Source of the DNA: Paramecium tetraurelia
Lineage: Eukaryota
Direction: 5' to 3'
Length of the DNA stretch: 64,000 nucleotides
Assembly: GCA_000165425.1 (NCBI GenBank)
Contig: CT868096.1
Span: 640,601 to 704,600, forward strand
The position numbers were made by a program, and so were the translations under genes. Below the pieces are notes generated by a model. It ran no database searches. It was given only the letters and a program-made list of their open reading frames with translations, and was not told the DNA's origin. Of this stretch, positions 14,912 through 27,413 are shown piece after piece (the first letter of the stretch is position 1; each line of letters begins with the position of its first letter).

Positions 14912-17900
14912 TCAAACTAGTTCTATTGATTCCGGTTTTCGAACATAGATTTAAAAATCATAAAATCTCTCAATTGCCAAATCAAATAAAAATAGCATAA
15001 ATGTTAAAGCTAGTGCTAAATAGAGTTGTGGTCTAGAATATAGAATGAAATATATACGAGGCTAGATATCTATAGAAGTTAAATGATGGAGACAATTCAT
15101 GGTCATTCACCATAATCAATATTAGCCAATAAACAAGAATTGATAGTACGATGAAAAATATGGTGAAGTTATAATTAGTATAAGTAAAAGTGAAGATCTT
15201 AAGGTTAACAAGAATAATGACTATTCCGTAAATGAATACTCCATCTTCAAAAAATTCCATAGTCATACCATCATCCATGTTTTAGTTCTCTGTAGAAAAT
15301 GTGCAGACTAGAAATATCATCAAGCCTTGAACCATTCCATTAAAAACCCAGAGCCAAAACTTAATGATTGTAAAAATCGGTTATTATCTAAATTAAACAT
15401 ATACATCTGGTTTATCCTCCAGCAAATTATGCGAGGTTTTACTCCATTGCAAATATTCTGAAGAAGGATGCATTTCATCAAAGAGAGCATAGAGCACCTA
15501 AGGGAGAGCAGCAAAAACTGTGTTAAACAATGAAGATAACCACTGATCGTATAAGTATTACCCACTGAAACCATTGAGAAATCCAAACCAAAAGTAGGGA
15601 GTGATGAACACCTAGTTCTTAAAAAATATGTATAGAATTGTGAGTGCATTTCTTCTTGAACACTCAACCCCATAATAAAACATTAATCGCTTAAGATGTT
15701 TGAATTCTTGGATTGCAAAGTCAGCGGCTCTGGCAGCTTGTGTTCCTTCAACTCCTTAAATTCCCACTCCAACATGAGCCTATCGACATATGATCAAATT
15801 TACCTCATTTATCATAGAGACATCATTAGCTCCATCTCCTATAGCCAAAGTATAAGCCTTGGGGAGATTCTCTTTAACCAAAGCTACAACTTATTGTTTT
15901 TGTTTTGGAGACACTCTAGCCACTATGACTACTTTAGCAAAGAAAGCTCTCTTGATTAGCATTGATTTAAGTTGTGGATTCTCTAACATTACTGTTAATG
16001 CCTATCCACTAATTACCAATGCAATATTAGCTGATTCATTGCAATAGTGCAAAAACACCTCTTCTATACTTCCAACTGTAATTTCAGTAACTACTTAGAG
16101 CATATCCTTGCTGTCAATGAGATTACATGAATATCCTATCGAAATAGCAGTTTCAACTTTATCACCAGTTAGAACCCAAACTTTAATCCCTGCAGACTTT
16201 AAATCTGAAATAGTTTATCCTACATCATCTGCTAACAAGTCTTCAACAGCTGTAATTCCTAAGAACTCCAAATTCAATTCAAGTTTCTTTTGTAAATTAT
16301 TCATCATCTCTTCATCTTTCTCCTCTTATGCCTTTTTATATCTATAAATTTAAAAAAAATGATACTCTGCTAAATATATGTCCATTTGACTTTAAGTAAA
16401 AGTTTTTCTTCCCAACATTAATGTTCTGTATCCTTGAATTGCGAATTGATGAATTATGTGTTAATGTTTGCATTCTCCTATTAATTCAAGTAATACTTCA
16501 TCAGCGCCTTTGCAAAATAAAACATATTCATTTCCTGTTTTGACCACAATGGTCATTCTCTTTTTTTCACTGCTGAAATCAAAACTCATCACTCTGTGGA
16601 ATTGAGTTTTGTTTATGGTTAGATGATTATTATTATCGATGCCTTAAAATAAATACCCTTTTTATTCACAATATTCTAATATTGCTAATTCATCAGGTGA
16701 AGATCCTATCAATTTATTTTTTGATTTTACAACAGAATGACATAAACTCATGCACAATAATGCTTCTTTTTCATTTAAAGCAAATAGTTCTCTAAATTAC
16801 ATAGAATTTTTAGTTAATGTACCTGTTTTATCAGTGAAAACAATATTGATTTCTCCTAATTATTCAATCAAATTAGATTGATGCGATTTTGAATTTGGCA
16901 TTACTTTGTCTGACTCCAACATCTTAGCTTAACCAAACTTTACCAATTCCACATTCACTACCAGAGATATTGGTATGAAGTATGAAAGCAATGAAAACCA
17001 TAATCCAAAATCTATGAATACATCATCTCTAGTAAGTCCCAAATAAGTATAATTAAGATGATTGTTTGTCCATATGAATTCATATATAGATGACATCAGA
17101 CAAAATAATACCAAACTGATTGATATAGAAATGATACAGATTCTCATATACTATTCTAATCTACTTCTTTTCGTCCTTTCTTGAGAGCAATTCAACATAA
17201 TTTTACAGTTCATGCCACTGTAAATACACAAACCTATTATCCACTCTGTATTTTTTAGCACACAACCTCTTTCAATAAAATTACCATAATTTAATGAATC
17301 CACTTAAGAATTACTAATTTGATAGGTTCCTGATAGTTTATATAATATTGGGTTCTTCTAATCGTATACAAACTTTACGTTGTTATTTTTCTCCTTGTGA
17401 TTAATTACTATATAAATACAAAGTTTATTGCATTATCGATATGGTACCTTTATTATAAATCATAGATTGAATATTTTTATTTTAAATTTGTCTCACCATC
17501 AATTTACTTTGTCTCCACATATGCTATACCTCCTTAATAACTAGATGAGAGTATCAAGATATCGCATGGAATACTTTCATTTTCCATAATCAAGATAATG
17601 TCAGCTTAATAGATATCCTTCCAATTGCATTATATAAACTAATTTTCAAAGTATTTATGTGATTTACGATTGTTCTCTTCTTGATCAGATTTATATCTAT
17701 TTTTAATTAGAGTTCTAACCTTGAATATTCTTCGATGGCATCTTTCAAAATGCTTATACTCATCATCATTGCCAATGGCCCATAAATAGTTGGAACACCA
17801 TTTGTATAAGAAGTTGCAGGAATTATCTATAATATGCCGATGACAATGAAATAAATATTAGCAGGTTACGTAATTTACTTAATAAAAGCATACGGAAGAA

Positions 17901-18024
17901 AAGTAAACCAGGTGGTCTTCATTGTTGTAATAATGTTTGGTTTATTCTTCATCGGAGTGTCATCTGGTAAGATAATGTTGTCTGTCTACGAAATCTATTC
18001 ATTTATTTAGAAGTAACTATTCAT
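14912..18024 (-). CDS. P4-type ATPase (phospholipid flippase)
   Basis: [68 protein letters not shown]; several short introns. Confidence 0.96.
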
Positions 18025-18136
18025 TGAATGAAATAATATTTTCTACAAATATATTATATATGTTCTTTTCTTAATTCATATAATACAATATTAAGAAATA
18101 ACTTTTTAACATAAATAATTGATTAAAATTTAATTG

Positions 18137-19476
18137 TCAATCTTAATTTGTGGCACTTTTGTCATCATCATCAATAACTCCATCAACTATTCCAGAATCT
18201 TTAGATAGAATCTCATTCCTTATAGATTCATCAATTTTTATATTAACACTAGAAGGATCAAATTGTTTCTCTTATTCATCCTATTCATTAACAGCTTCAT
18301 TAACTTCATTAACATCGTTATTGTTATCTTCCTACTAATTAACATTCTAATTCTCAATAACTGCATTATCACCTTAATCCGATTATTCTTGTTTATTTTC
18401 CTCATTTTGAACATTTTCTTAGGTGGTTTTAGCTATAGTATTATTTGCTGTTTGGATGGATTCAATTATCTTTTGAATTCCTGGTATTTATTTTGGATTA
18501 TACATATGGATCTTATGCTTTAGAGACTCTTATAATTTTGATCTCTTTAATTTTTGGAATTAGTCCATGTCTAAAGTGAATTGATGAAGCTATTTAATAT
18601 CTTCCACAAGTTCAGATGGTATCACAGTAAGATGTTTTAATTCCAAAATATGAAAGTTATATTCTGATCCCAAAAACAGAAATTTAGCTTCAAAATGGAT
18701 TGGTTTACCCTTTTCCAACTTCTAAAATGTTTCAATTTAATATTAAGAGTCCCTTACACCAACGATAATATCAGGCAAATCTTCAGTTGATTCAGTTGGA
18801 TCCATCTTTAAATACACCCAATAATTGAAACTGAAATTTGGATCATGATTAGGTTTTGTTTGAATAAAATCACTAAAATTAATTTTGTTTATCATACCCT
18901 TTCCATGAAACTATTTTATCCTTAAAATAGGTTTCAAATTGATGTCTTGCTTTCAAACCATTATCAATAAATTAAAATTTGCCACAAAATTATAAGAAAT
19001 CAACCCACGTTTTGTTCGAATAGATATTTGCTTCAATTTATGGTTGCTCCTTCTCTGTAAAATATTCAAAGTAAAAAAACAAACAAACTATGATCGTCAA
19101 TAAAACCAAAGCATATTTTCTAGATACTACTACAATGCAATTGCCAAATCTAAATTATAGCACTTAATCGTTGATATTTGGTAATTAAAAGTATTTTCTT
19201 TTTTCTAATTCTTGATTACAATAGTAGCATCTCTTTATAATCATCTTGACATTTATTTATTTTATTTACTTTTGTTGATTGAAACACCAATGGGATTATA
19301 AATATGCACCAAATTCCGAAATAAAATAAGGAAACAAAGGAAATTATAAATGAAGCTGGAGATGGCACTTATTCTAAAATACTTTCCCTAGCTGCACCAC
19401 AATTAGGACAAACTGGTTGTGTTGAATTAACTGCTGTCTCAGATTGCTCTTCATTCTCTGTCTTTGAAATTAACAT
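18137..19476 (-). CDS. LITAF-like zinc-ribbon membrane protein with a C-terminal wolframin-like OB-type domain and acidic tail
   Basis: CPNC...hydrophobic stretch...RCYYC; second TM; TWVDFLQFCG...FKDKIVSWKG...IHFEAKFLFLG; two introns. Confidence 0.75.
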
Positions 19477-19659
19477 AATTAATTATATTATTGATAAAAT
19501 TCCATCATTTTTTACTATTTTATTTAAATTAAATTAACATGTGTACATCATATTAGAAGTTAAATATTCTCAAAAACCAAAAAAGCTGAGAGTGAACAAA
19601 CAACTATAATATTTTGGAATATTTTAATATAAATAAATTTTAAGAAAAAATCTAAGAAA

Positions 19660-22282
19660 TCAATAATCCTTATCCCAATTAGGATCACGAGCTTTTTCAG
19701 GCTTGTAAACATTCTAAGCAGTGGCAAGATCATTCTAGTCTACTAATTACACTGTACTTTAATTTCTTCGGTAACCAATTTACCAACCTGGATAGCTTTT
19801 TATATATCTTTTTCACTATGTAATTTGTTTTTGGGTGGCAAATAAGGAGGTTTTAACTCTCTGTTAATGAGAAGATCCTAAATTATACATTCCAATTTAC
19901 ATAATCAAATCTTTCGAAAAAAGTGTTGTTTTTTAAACTAGCATAAGATGATCCTAGTCTGAGCTCTGGAGTTTTACTCAGCAATTACTCAATCAATTTC
20001 TTGGCTTTTCTATCTTTCAATACTGAGGGAAATGTTAACTATTTCTTTTAAATTTCCTCGTATATTTCATAACTAATAAAGGATTCATAAACAAATATAC
20101 GGGTCATCAGCATCTTCAGCATATGGAACATTTCCACACATAAATTCATACAAACAAATTCCTATGGACCATAGATCAACTGAGTATGTGTATCCTTTAC
20201 CAGTTAAAATTTCTGGGGCCATATAATGAGGAGTTCCGATAATAGTGTATGTTCTACCATTTTTACTCTTTAAATTCTTAGCTGTTCCTAAATCAATCAG
20301 TTTCATGAACCCCTAATATTTATGGTTATTGAAAATACTTTTTCATCAATCATGATATTCTCTGGTTTAATATCCCTATATATGATGTTATTCAAGTGTA
20401 AATATTCCATGCACAAAATCAAAGATCCGATATAGAATTGAGAATCATAAGTATTAAGCAACCCAATGTCTCTGATTACATCGAAAAGTTCCATTCCTCT
20501 GATATATTCTTCCAAGAAATATATATAAGTAGTGTCCCTGAAACTTCTAGCAAAGTGCATTATTAGTGGAAAGTTAACAGTTTCCAAGGCTATCTTTTCT
20601 TAGGCCAAATGTTTTTCAAGATTTTATTCAATTATTTGAGCCTTCGAGATACATTTTAAAGCATATATCTTTTTATCCATTTTGTTATGCACCAAATAAA
20701 CATTACCAAATTGTCCCTAGCCTAATTTCTTCACATGAATCAATTAATCCAATTAAAAATGCTTAAAAACATCCTATTTTTGACCTTCCTCCTTTTTTAT
20801 AAACCTATCATGAGCTTTTTCATTCTTAGCAAATATTTGCTCTAAGGATCCTCCAATAATCTCAAAGAATTATTTAAATGTTATTGTTGCTATCATTCCT
20901 TCATCCTTCATTACAACTGGCTCTCCCAATTTAACATTTTCTCCTTGATCTAAAAATTTATCTCCAAACATTTATCCCTTCTCTAAAATTTCCTTTCCAT
21001 ACCTTACTGACCCTTACAAGACAATAATTATCTCTCTACAAGCTTAACCTTTCTCTATGATTACTTCTTCACTTTTTTTTTGCGTCTATTGCATATTGCT
21101 CACAATTCTTTCCACTTACAATTTTGTCAGTTTGCTAAGCACAACATGTCTTTCAAATGCCCATCGCTGAAGATTACTGTACATAATCAACTGTATCTTG
21201 TCTCCCAAAATTCTAGTTAAATCATCTCTTGCTAAAGCTAAAACTGTCGCATCCTCTTTAATTGCTTTTGCAGTGGCCCCCCTTACTGAATTCTATTATA
21301 ATGCTTATTCTCCCAAAGAATCCCCTGCCCTCATTATTCTAAGTTCTTTTCCTCCTCTTGATATCTATATTTCTCCCTTTTTAATAATAAAGAATGAGTC
21401 AGCCTGATCTCCTTCATTAACTATAATCTCTCCAGCTTTAAAATTTAAATTTATTAATGCTGATGGAATTGCTGCTTTTTAATCATCAGTTAAAGATTCT
21501 ATTTGTAATATGTTAAATTACCAAAAAACGGCACTTTATTTATGAATTCCTTATTCTAATCATAATCCTTTTATGAAATTGATTCAATTGCTTTTCTTAC
21601 AGTATTTCTATCAATTGCCCAGAATGCACAATCTAAAAATGTAATACTTTTTACCTCCTACTGCCTTGACGGTAGCGGATCTTGGTGCATTATATAATAA
21701 GGCCAGCTCTCCGAAGGCTTCACCACTTTTTAAAGTTTTTTTTAATTCATTATTGATGATAATTTAGCACTATCCACGCTCAATCAGAAAGTATGAACTT
21801 GCCTTATCTCCCTATTTAAAAACCATTTCACCATCATGAACTGTGCAATAAAACATTTTATCAATTACTTTCACTCTTAACTAATAAAATTATTTATATA
21901 CTTGTCTTCTGGTTGTAATTACCCAAATATAAAGCTATTTCCAAAAGCATTCAAAAGCAATTAAAAATCAAATGGACTTTTCACTTTCTCTTATTTTTGC
22001 ACATTCTCATAAATTACTTCTTGATCGATAACTGCAGCTATTTTTCCCATCTTCTTTTGCTCTTTTCTTTTAGGCTAAGTTGTATAGAATTTTAATCAAT
22101 ACTTCGTTCTCTTATTTTGCTTAATCAATTGATTATGCTGGTTCTTCCTATTTCTCAGGTGCTTGAGTCTTCACCTCATCAGGTTTTGGGGGATGAACTT
22201 ATTAAATAGGAGGAGGTTAGGATGTGTTCACTTCTATATCATTTTTATCATTAATTGGACTTTACCGACAAATGTTACCCAT
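19660..22282 (-). CDS. PKG: cGMP-dependent protein kinase
   Basis: MGNIC acylation motif; cNMP domains (AFGELALLYNAPRSAT; SFGEQALQQNSVRGAT); [27 protein letters not shown]; ends PNWDKDY*; multiple introns. Confidence 0.95.
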
Positions 22283-23499
22283 TGTTTATTTATTAATAAA
22301 ATAAATGGAAATAAATTTATTATATTTATCTTAGCTGGTGTTTCAAGTTTCCTCCTCTATTTTAAATCATCTTTTCAATTATAAATATAGAATTCAAATC
22401 CTTTTATCATTTTTTATATAAGTATTAGCTTAATTGAAGAGACATAATGTTAAAAACAATTTATTTGACATTTAAGGAATTAAATTATATTGTATCTTCT
22501 AATTAAAATTCGTTTCAGTTAGACATAAAAAATTTTGTTGAAAATAAATTATCATAAGACTTTATTCTATCTTATTTCTGATTCATGTATTATTTTTAAA
22601 AGAGCAAGAACATCAAAATGAGCTTCAATATGTATTATTTTTAATTCCTCACTTTTCTCTAGGGAGTTGAAAGGCATTATTTTTTCCAATTTTTATCAGA
22701 GGTAAAAAAACAAAGAGACTAAAATACCATACTGTTATTGAAGACTTCTGTTTATACATAATGATTAAATTTTATCATTTTTAAAAAATTAAAACTTATT
22801 ATCTATCACTATCAAATATTTATAGATCATATGTAATATAATATCAATCATTATTAAATCTTAAGGTAGGTTTATTTAATCATTAGTGTTAATTTTAAGA
22901 ACCTGATATTTAAAAGCAATTTTGTAGGAATTAATTATATATTTCTCCCTTGAAGCTTCCAGAATTTTTCTTTCAAACAATTTGCTTTCTAAACAATTTC
23001 TTGATTCGGTTTAACAATTATTATTAAGCTATTGCACTACTGATTCCAAAGCAGTTGTTCTTTTTTCTCTATAAAAGGAATGGAGGTTTATATTTAGTTA
23101 TTTATAAGTTTAGCATATCCAAATAGGTTAAAATTTAACTATGACTTCCTTTATCTAATTTCATAAAATTAAAAATAATTATTTTTATGATGTACTAACG
23201 AAATATTTACTCTTATTTTTGTGTTATTTTATTCGTACAATCTACAATTATTGATAAGGCTCCTAATTTTACTTTTGTTTTTATTAAAAATAAATTAAAT
23301 TTAATATATAGAATTCTTACCTTTTCAACATGACTTATCAGTTACTCCTCAATGAAAACTTAATAAATAAATTATTTATAAGATTGCAATAATAAATTTA
23401 TTTGAATTCTGAATAATCAATATGGATAAATCATAACCTTTTCCAATGAATATACCTAATATCGATATAATAAGGTAAACTTGTATAATATTGATAATT

Positions 23500-24360
23500 G
23501 ATAGTAACAAAATGCAATAGTAAAAGTTTTAAAACATATATTAGATCTCTTAGCTTTCTTTATTTTGTTTAAAAAATAGAACAATAAATAATACATGAAA
23601 GCAGGCTATGACAAAGCATTAAAAAATTTAGAACTTACTTGTTGAATTTTTATAATTTCAATAGGCAAAAGCAATTTTTGTTTAAATTGGACATTTGAAT
23701 TTGGATTCATGATTTTTTATTGCTCCAAGATTATATAATTAAATTTAAGCCAATGATATGAAATTTTAAGTAGCTTTTGAAATTAAAAAGAATGGTATAG
23801 AATGTTAAAGGAGAAATAATTAATTTTTATTTTGAAAAAACTATTTGATAAAAATATAATTTCAAAATGTAGTTAGAAAATTATCGTAGGAAATCAGTAT
23901 TAGATAAGGGATTTTTGATTAAAAATTTTTTTTTTTGGAAGCTAAAAGAGATTCAATATAGACAGAGGATTTTATAATCAAATTTTAGCATTTTTCAATA
24001 TGTATCATATAGAATGCGTTATGAGTAGATGTTTTGGATGGGATCTTAAATCTACTTGTCTAGTTCCTATAGCTGATTTCCTTAATCATTCTAATAAAGC
24101 ATGCACACATTATATGGTTCATTCAGCGTTGGAAAAGGGTAGTTTTTCTAAATCAGAGGAGTAAGCTAATTTTCAAACATAATATGTCATAAAAAGAAAC
24201 AATATGAATATGAATATTTTAGGTATTGAGGCTGATAATGAGATACAGAAATGGGAAGATGAGAAAATTAAATTTATTTTAGAGAATAAACAGTGTTTAA
24301 GAGATCAGAACGCCTAAAATGGTCCAAAGGAGTATTAACCCCAATTGTAACCAAAAATCT
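23500..24360 (+). pseudogene. Remnant of a SETD3/Rubisco-LSMT-type SET methyltransferase gene
   Basis: Intact block 24011-24360: ECVMSRCFGWDLKSTCLVPIADFLNHS; upstream frame broken by TGAs/indels; C-terminal half absent; 5' boundary approximate. Confidence 0.7.
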
Positions 24361-24409
24361 TATTTTTTGAAGACTAGTTATATGTAGGTATTAATTTGAA
24401 ATAAATATC

Positions 24410-24687
24410 AAAGAACCTGCTTCTTCAATTAAGTAATTAGAAGGAAAAGCAAGAGTTGGATTAATAATTGCAATTGTAATATTACTCATTGCAATTCAAT
24501 TGATCTACAAATATAGAAACACTCTGACAGAATGTTGTTTCCCTCGAATCGACAAATAGTCCCAGAAAAATATGATAATTAAAAAGGCTGTTGTGAAAAG
24601 TGTTTCGATTGTTTCAAAAAGGATTAGGGTCATCGTCATCATGTAGCCGAACCTAATTCTTAACATTAAAATTAAAGTTTGGAATGA
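24410..24687 (+). pseudogene. 3' fragment of a single-pass membrane protein gene with a Cys-rich cytoplasmic tail
   Basis: VGLIIAIVILLIAIQLIYKYR then, after a 1-nt shift, GCCEKCFDCFKKDQGHRHH...*; no convincing start. Confidence 0.4.
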
Positions 24688-24786
24688 TTAAATACGTATT
24701 ATAAAATTATTGCTAATTAAATATAACATTTATAAAAAGATTGAATAATAATGCTCTTATTATTCTTGTTACTCTAAGACATCTAT

Positions 24787-25934
24787 TCATTCCTATTATC
24801 CTTCGAGATTGATTCTTTTTTCCATTATTCCACATCCCATATTTCACTCTTCCGTCTGCCATTAAAAATTTACCTTTTCCGTTCTATTTACCTTCATGTC
24901 ACTCTCCTTCAAGAACCTTCCCATCTGGCCACAAGCACTTCCCTTTCCCTTATTTTTTATCATTAACATATTCGCCATGATACACTCGGCCATCTCCCCA
25001 TTGATACACTCCATAACCATGCATTTTATTATCCTTCCATGTACCCTTATACCTTCTTCCATCACCCCAAACGTATTCTCCCTATTTTCAATTAAAATTT
25101 TACTTCACCATATATTTTATTATCAAACCACTCTCCTTCAAAATAGCTGCCATCAGGCCACTTATAAGTCCCTCTTCCCTAAATTTTACCTTCAAAGTAT
25201 TGTCCCTCATAAGGTGAATTATCAATCCCTATCATGTAAACAACAATCTTATACATTTCTCTTATCCATGTCCGTGTTGATAATCATCATTCCATTATCC
25301 AAAGTATATAACTCCATTTGATTGTTTGTACTCTCAAAATCCGTTTGCTTTATCATTTTACCATTCGCCCTCATAAACATCTCCATCGACATGATAAAAG
25401 GTTCCTTAACCAAATGCTTAATTATTTTTCCATTATCCAATATATTTGGCCCCGTCTTCCCATATTTGTATTCCCTATTCATCTCTCTTATCTCCCAACC
25501 ATTCTCCCTCATATGTTGATCCACTAATAAATTTATATTTTGATCTATATTCCCTTTAAAGTGATTCAGATTTGATTGTTACTTCATAAGTATATTAAAA
25601 TACATTCATACTCTTCTTTGGTAAAATATTTCTGCTTCCCCCTCTTACTCTTCTTATCTGTGGTTACTTAGTCATTCTAAGACTTATTGAACAGCAGTTT
25701 GGTCTATAAATAAGCCTTCCTTACTTTGTATCCCTTCCATTATTTTTATATCATAATAGCCATTTTAGTTTATAAAATCTATTTCTATGCTTACTTCTCT
25801 GCACATTAATATTCAACTTTCTAGCTTACTATAACAGCTTTATTGCTTTCTGATTTCTTCGTAATGGTGACTTCATTGATTTAATCTAATCTATCTTTTT
25901 AACATTAAGAACAATTTGAACAGTGTGATCCCAT
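24787..25934 (-). pseudogene. MORN-repeat protein pseudogene
   Basis: Repeated YEGEW..G..HG.G motifs; in-frame TGA at 25334-25336 (expected Gly) and 24899-24901 (expected Trp). Confidence 0.85.
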
Positions 25935-26339
25935 ATAAAGTTATACAAATAAACAAACAATTAAAAAAACATTTCATTTTTGATTCTATTTTTAGTTAAT
26001 CCATGTCAGTCCAATTTCATTATGAATGTACAAAATCACTCTCCTCATAATTATGTACTTTTCGATCTAGTTAGTTGCACTAGCTCATCCTTTTTTTGAT
26101 TGATATTATTATTTCTATATAATTTTATTTAAGTACGTTTAATTGTGTTTACATATTATTAATAATAAAAACTATTTTCATTTTATCAAGTATAAATATC
26201 GTAACTTAAACAAACCACTTTAGATTTATCAAATCTGATAAATTATTAATTAAATAAATTAAATTTTGTATATATTATGATATCTTATGTTTAATAATCA
26301 AATATTTAGGAAAAATAAAAAAATAAGATTAAGTATATT

Positions 26340-27094
26340 GAATGATGATTTTAGAAGTCAATAATAAATTTTGGGTCTCAAAAGTACAACTAATACAAGA
26401 ATTAAGGTTATTATTATAATTTTATTCTTTAGAGTTTGATGAAGAAAATTATAAATTTGCAAATATAATGGATAATAAATCTAAATAAATGAATGTAAGT
26501 CATTTGTCTAATAATTACAACAATAAGATATACGAACCAAAAATGGAATGTTAAGAATTTTAGAATTTTATTTATTATTCTGAAATTTGTAAAATATCAA
26601 ATAATAAATTTAAAGAAAAATCCACATGAATATAAACTCTTGTCCCCTGAAAAGAATCAATATAGATAGCCTAAACAGAAGTAGCCATCAAATTTTGAAA
26701 AAAAATTAAAAAATTAATTAAATTATAATCAATTTAGAATTGTTTTTGTAAGTCTGATCTCATTTATAAGGGACTCATGAATGTGTAGATGTTTTAATTC
26801 TTAAACTTATTAATTACAAAAATCTATCATAATAATAATTATACAAAGTGTAAACATTTCTTGATTAAAAATTAAATTATCATAAACTTCTTGATGATTT
26901 CATAAAGGGGGCAGCCTGAGGGAATTCATCCTGGGCCTGTTTCTTCAATGAGTAAATTGGAAAGGCTTAGATGGGATGCAATGAGATCTAGAGAGGTCAA
27001 GAAATAATAAGGGGAAAAAATGTGATGTTCAAGGAAAAAGGCACCCCTGAAAATACGGTCGAGCCTAGATGCTTAGAGGAGGATGTTGAATTGA
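26340..27094 (+). pseudogene. Degenerate coding relic of unknown family
   Basis: Coding-like purine-rich stretch with an intron-like GT..AG and a GC-richer block QPEGIHPGPVSSMSKLERLRWDAMRSREVKK, broken by TGAs. Confidence 0.35.
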
Positions 27095-27413
27095 ATTTCT
27101 TGATTATTTCAATCTTAGACTTTAAATATGTTTTCCTTTAACGCATATATCTAATGATTTTAGTTTTAGTTCAGTTGTTGAAATAAATTTAACATTAGAT
27201 AAGGTTTAGATAAACTTTAAAATCAAAGAAAGATTTAGGATTAAATGTAAAATATCATTATTATTAATACTAAAATATATATATTTATAATTTGATATAA
27301 TAATACTTTTTATGCTTATTTAATATCTATAAGGAAATAGAAAAACTCAATACTATAAATTTAAAAAAATTATAGTTATCTTTTATATAAAATAATGTAT
27401 TACTATTCTAATT

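Noticed and set aside
24410..24687. HAP2/GCS1-like TM plus Cys-rich tail
   Set aside because: Only generic similarity; no HAP2 ectodomain motifs nearby
24787..25934. TGA read-through or selenocysteine recoding in the MORN gene
   Set aside because: The TGAs replace a Gly and a Trp, not Cys, accompany other decay, and no SECIS is evident; pseudogenisation is simpler
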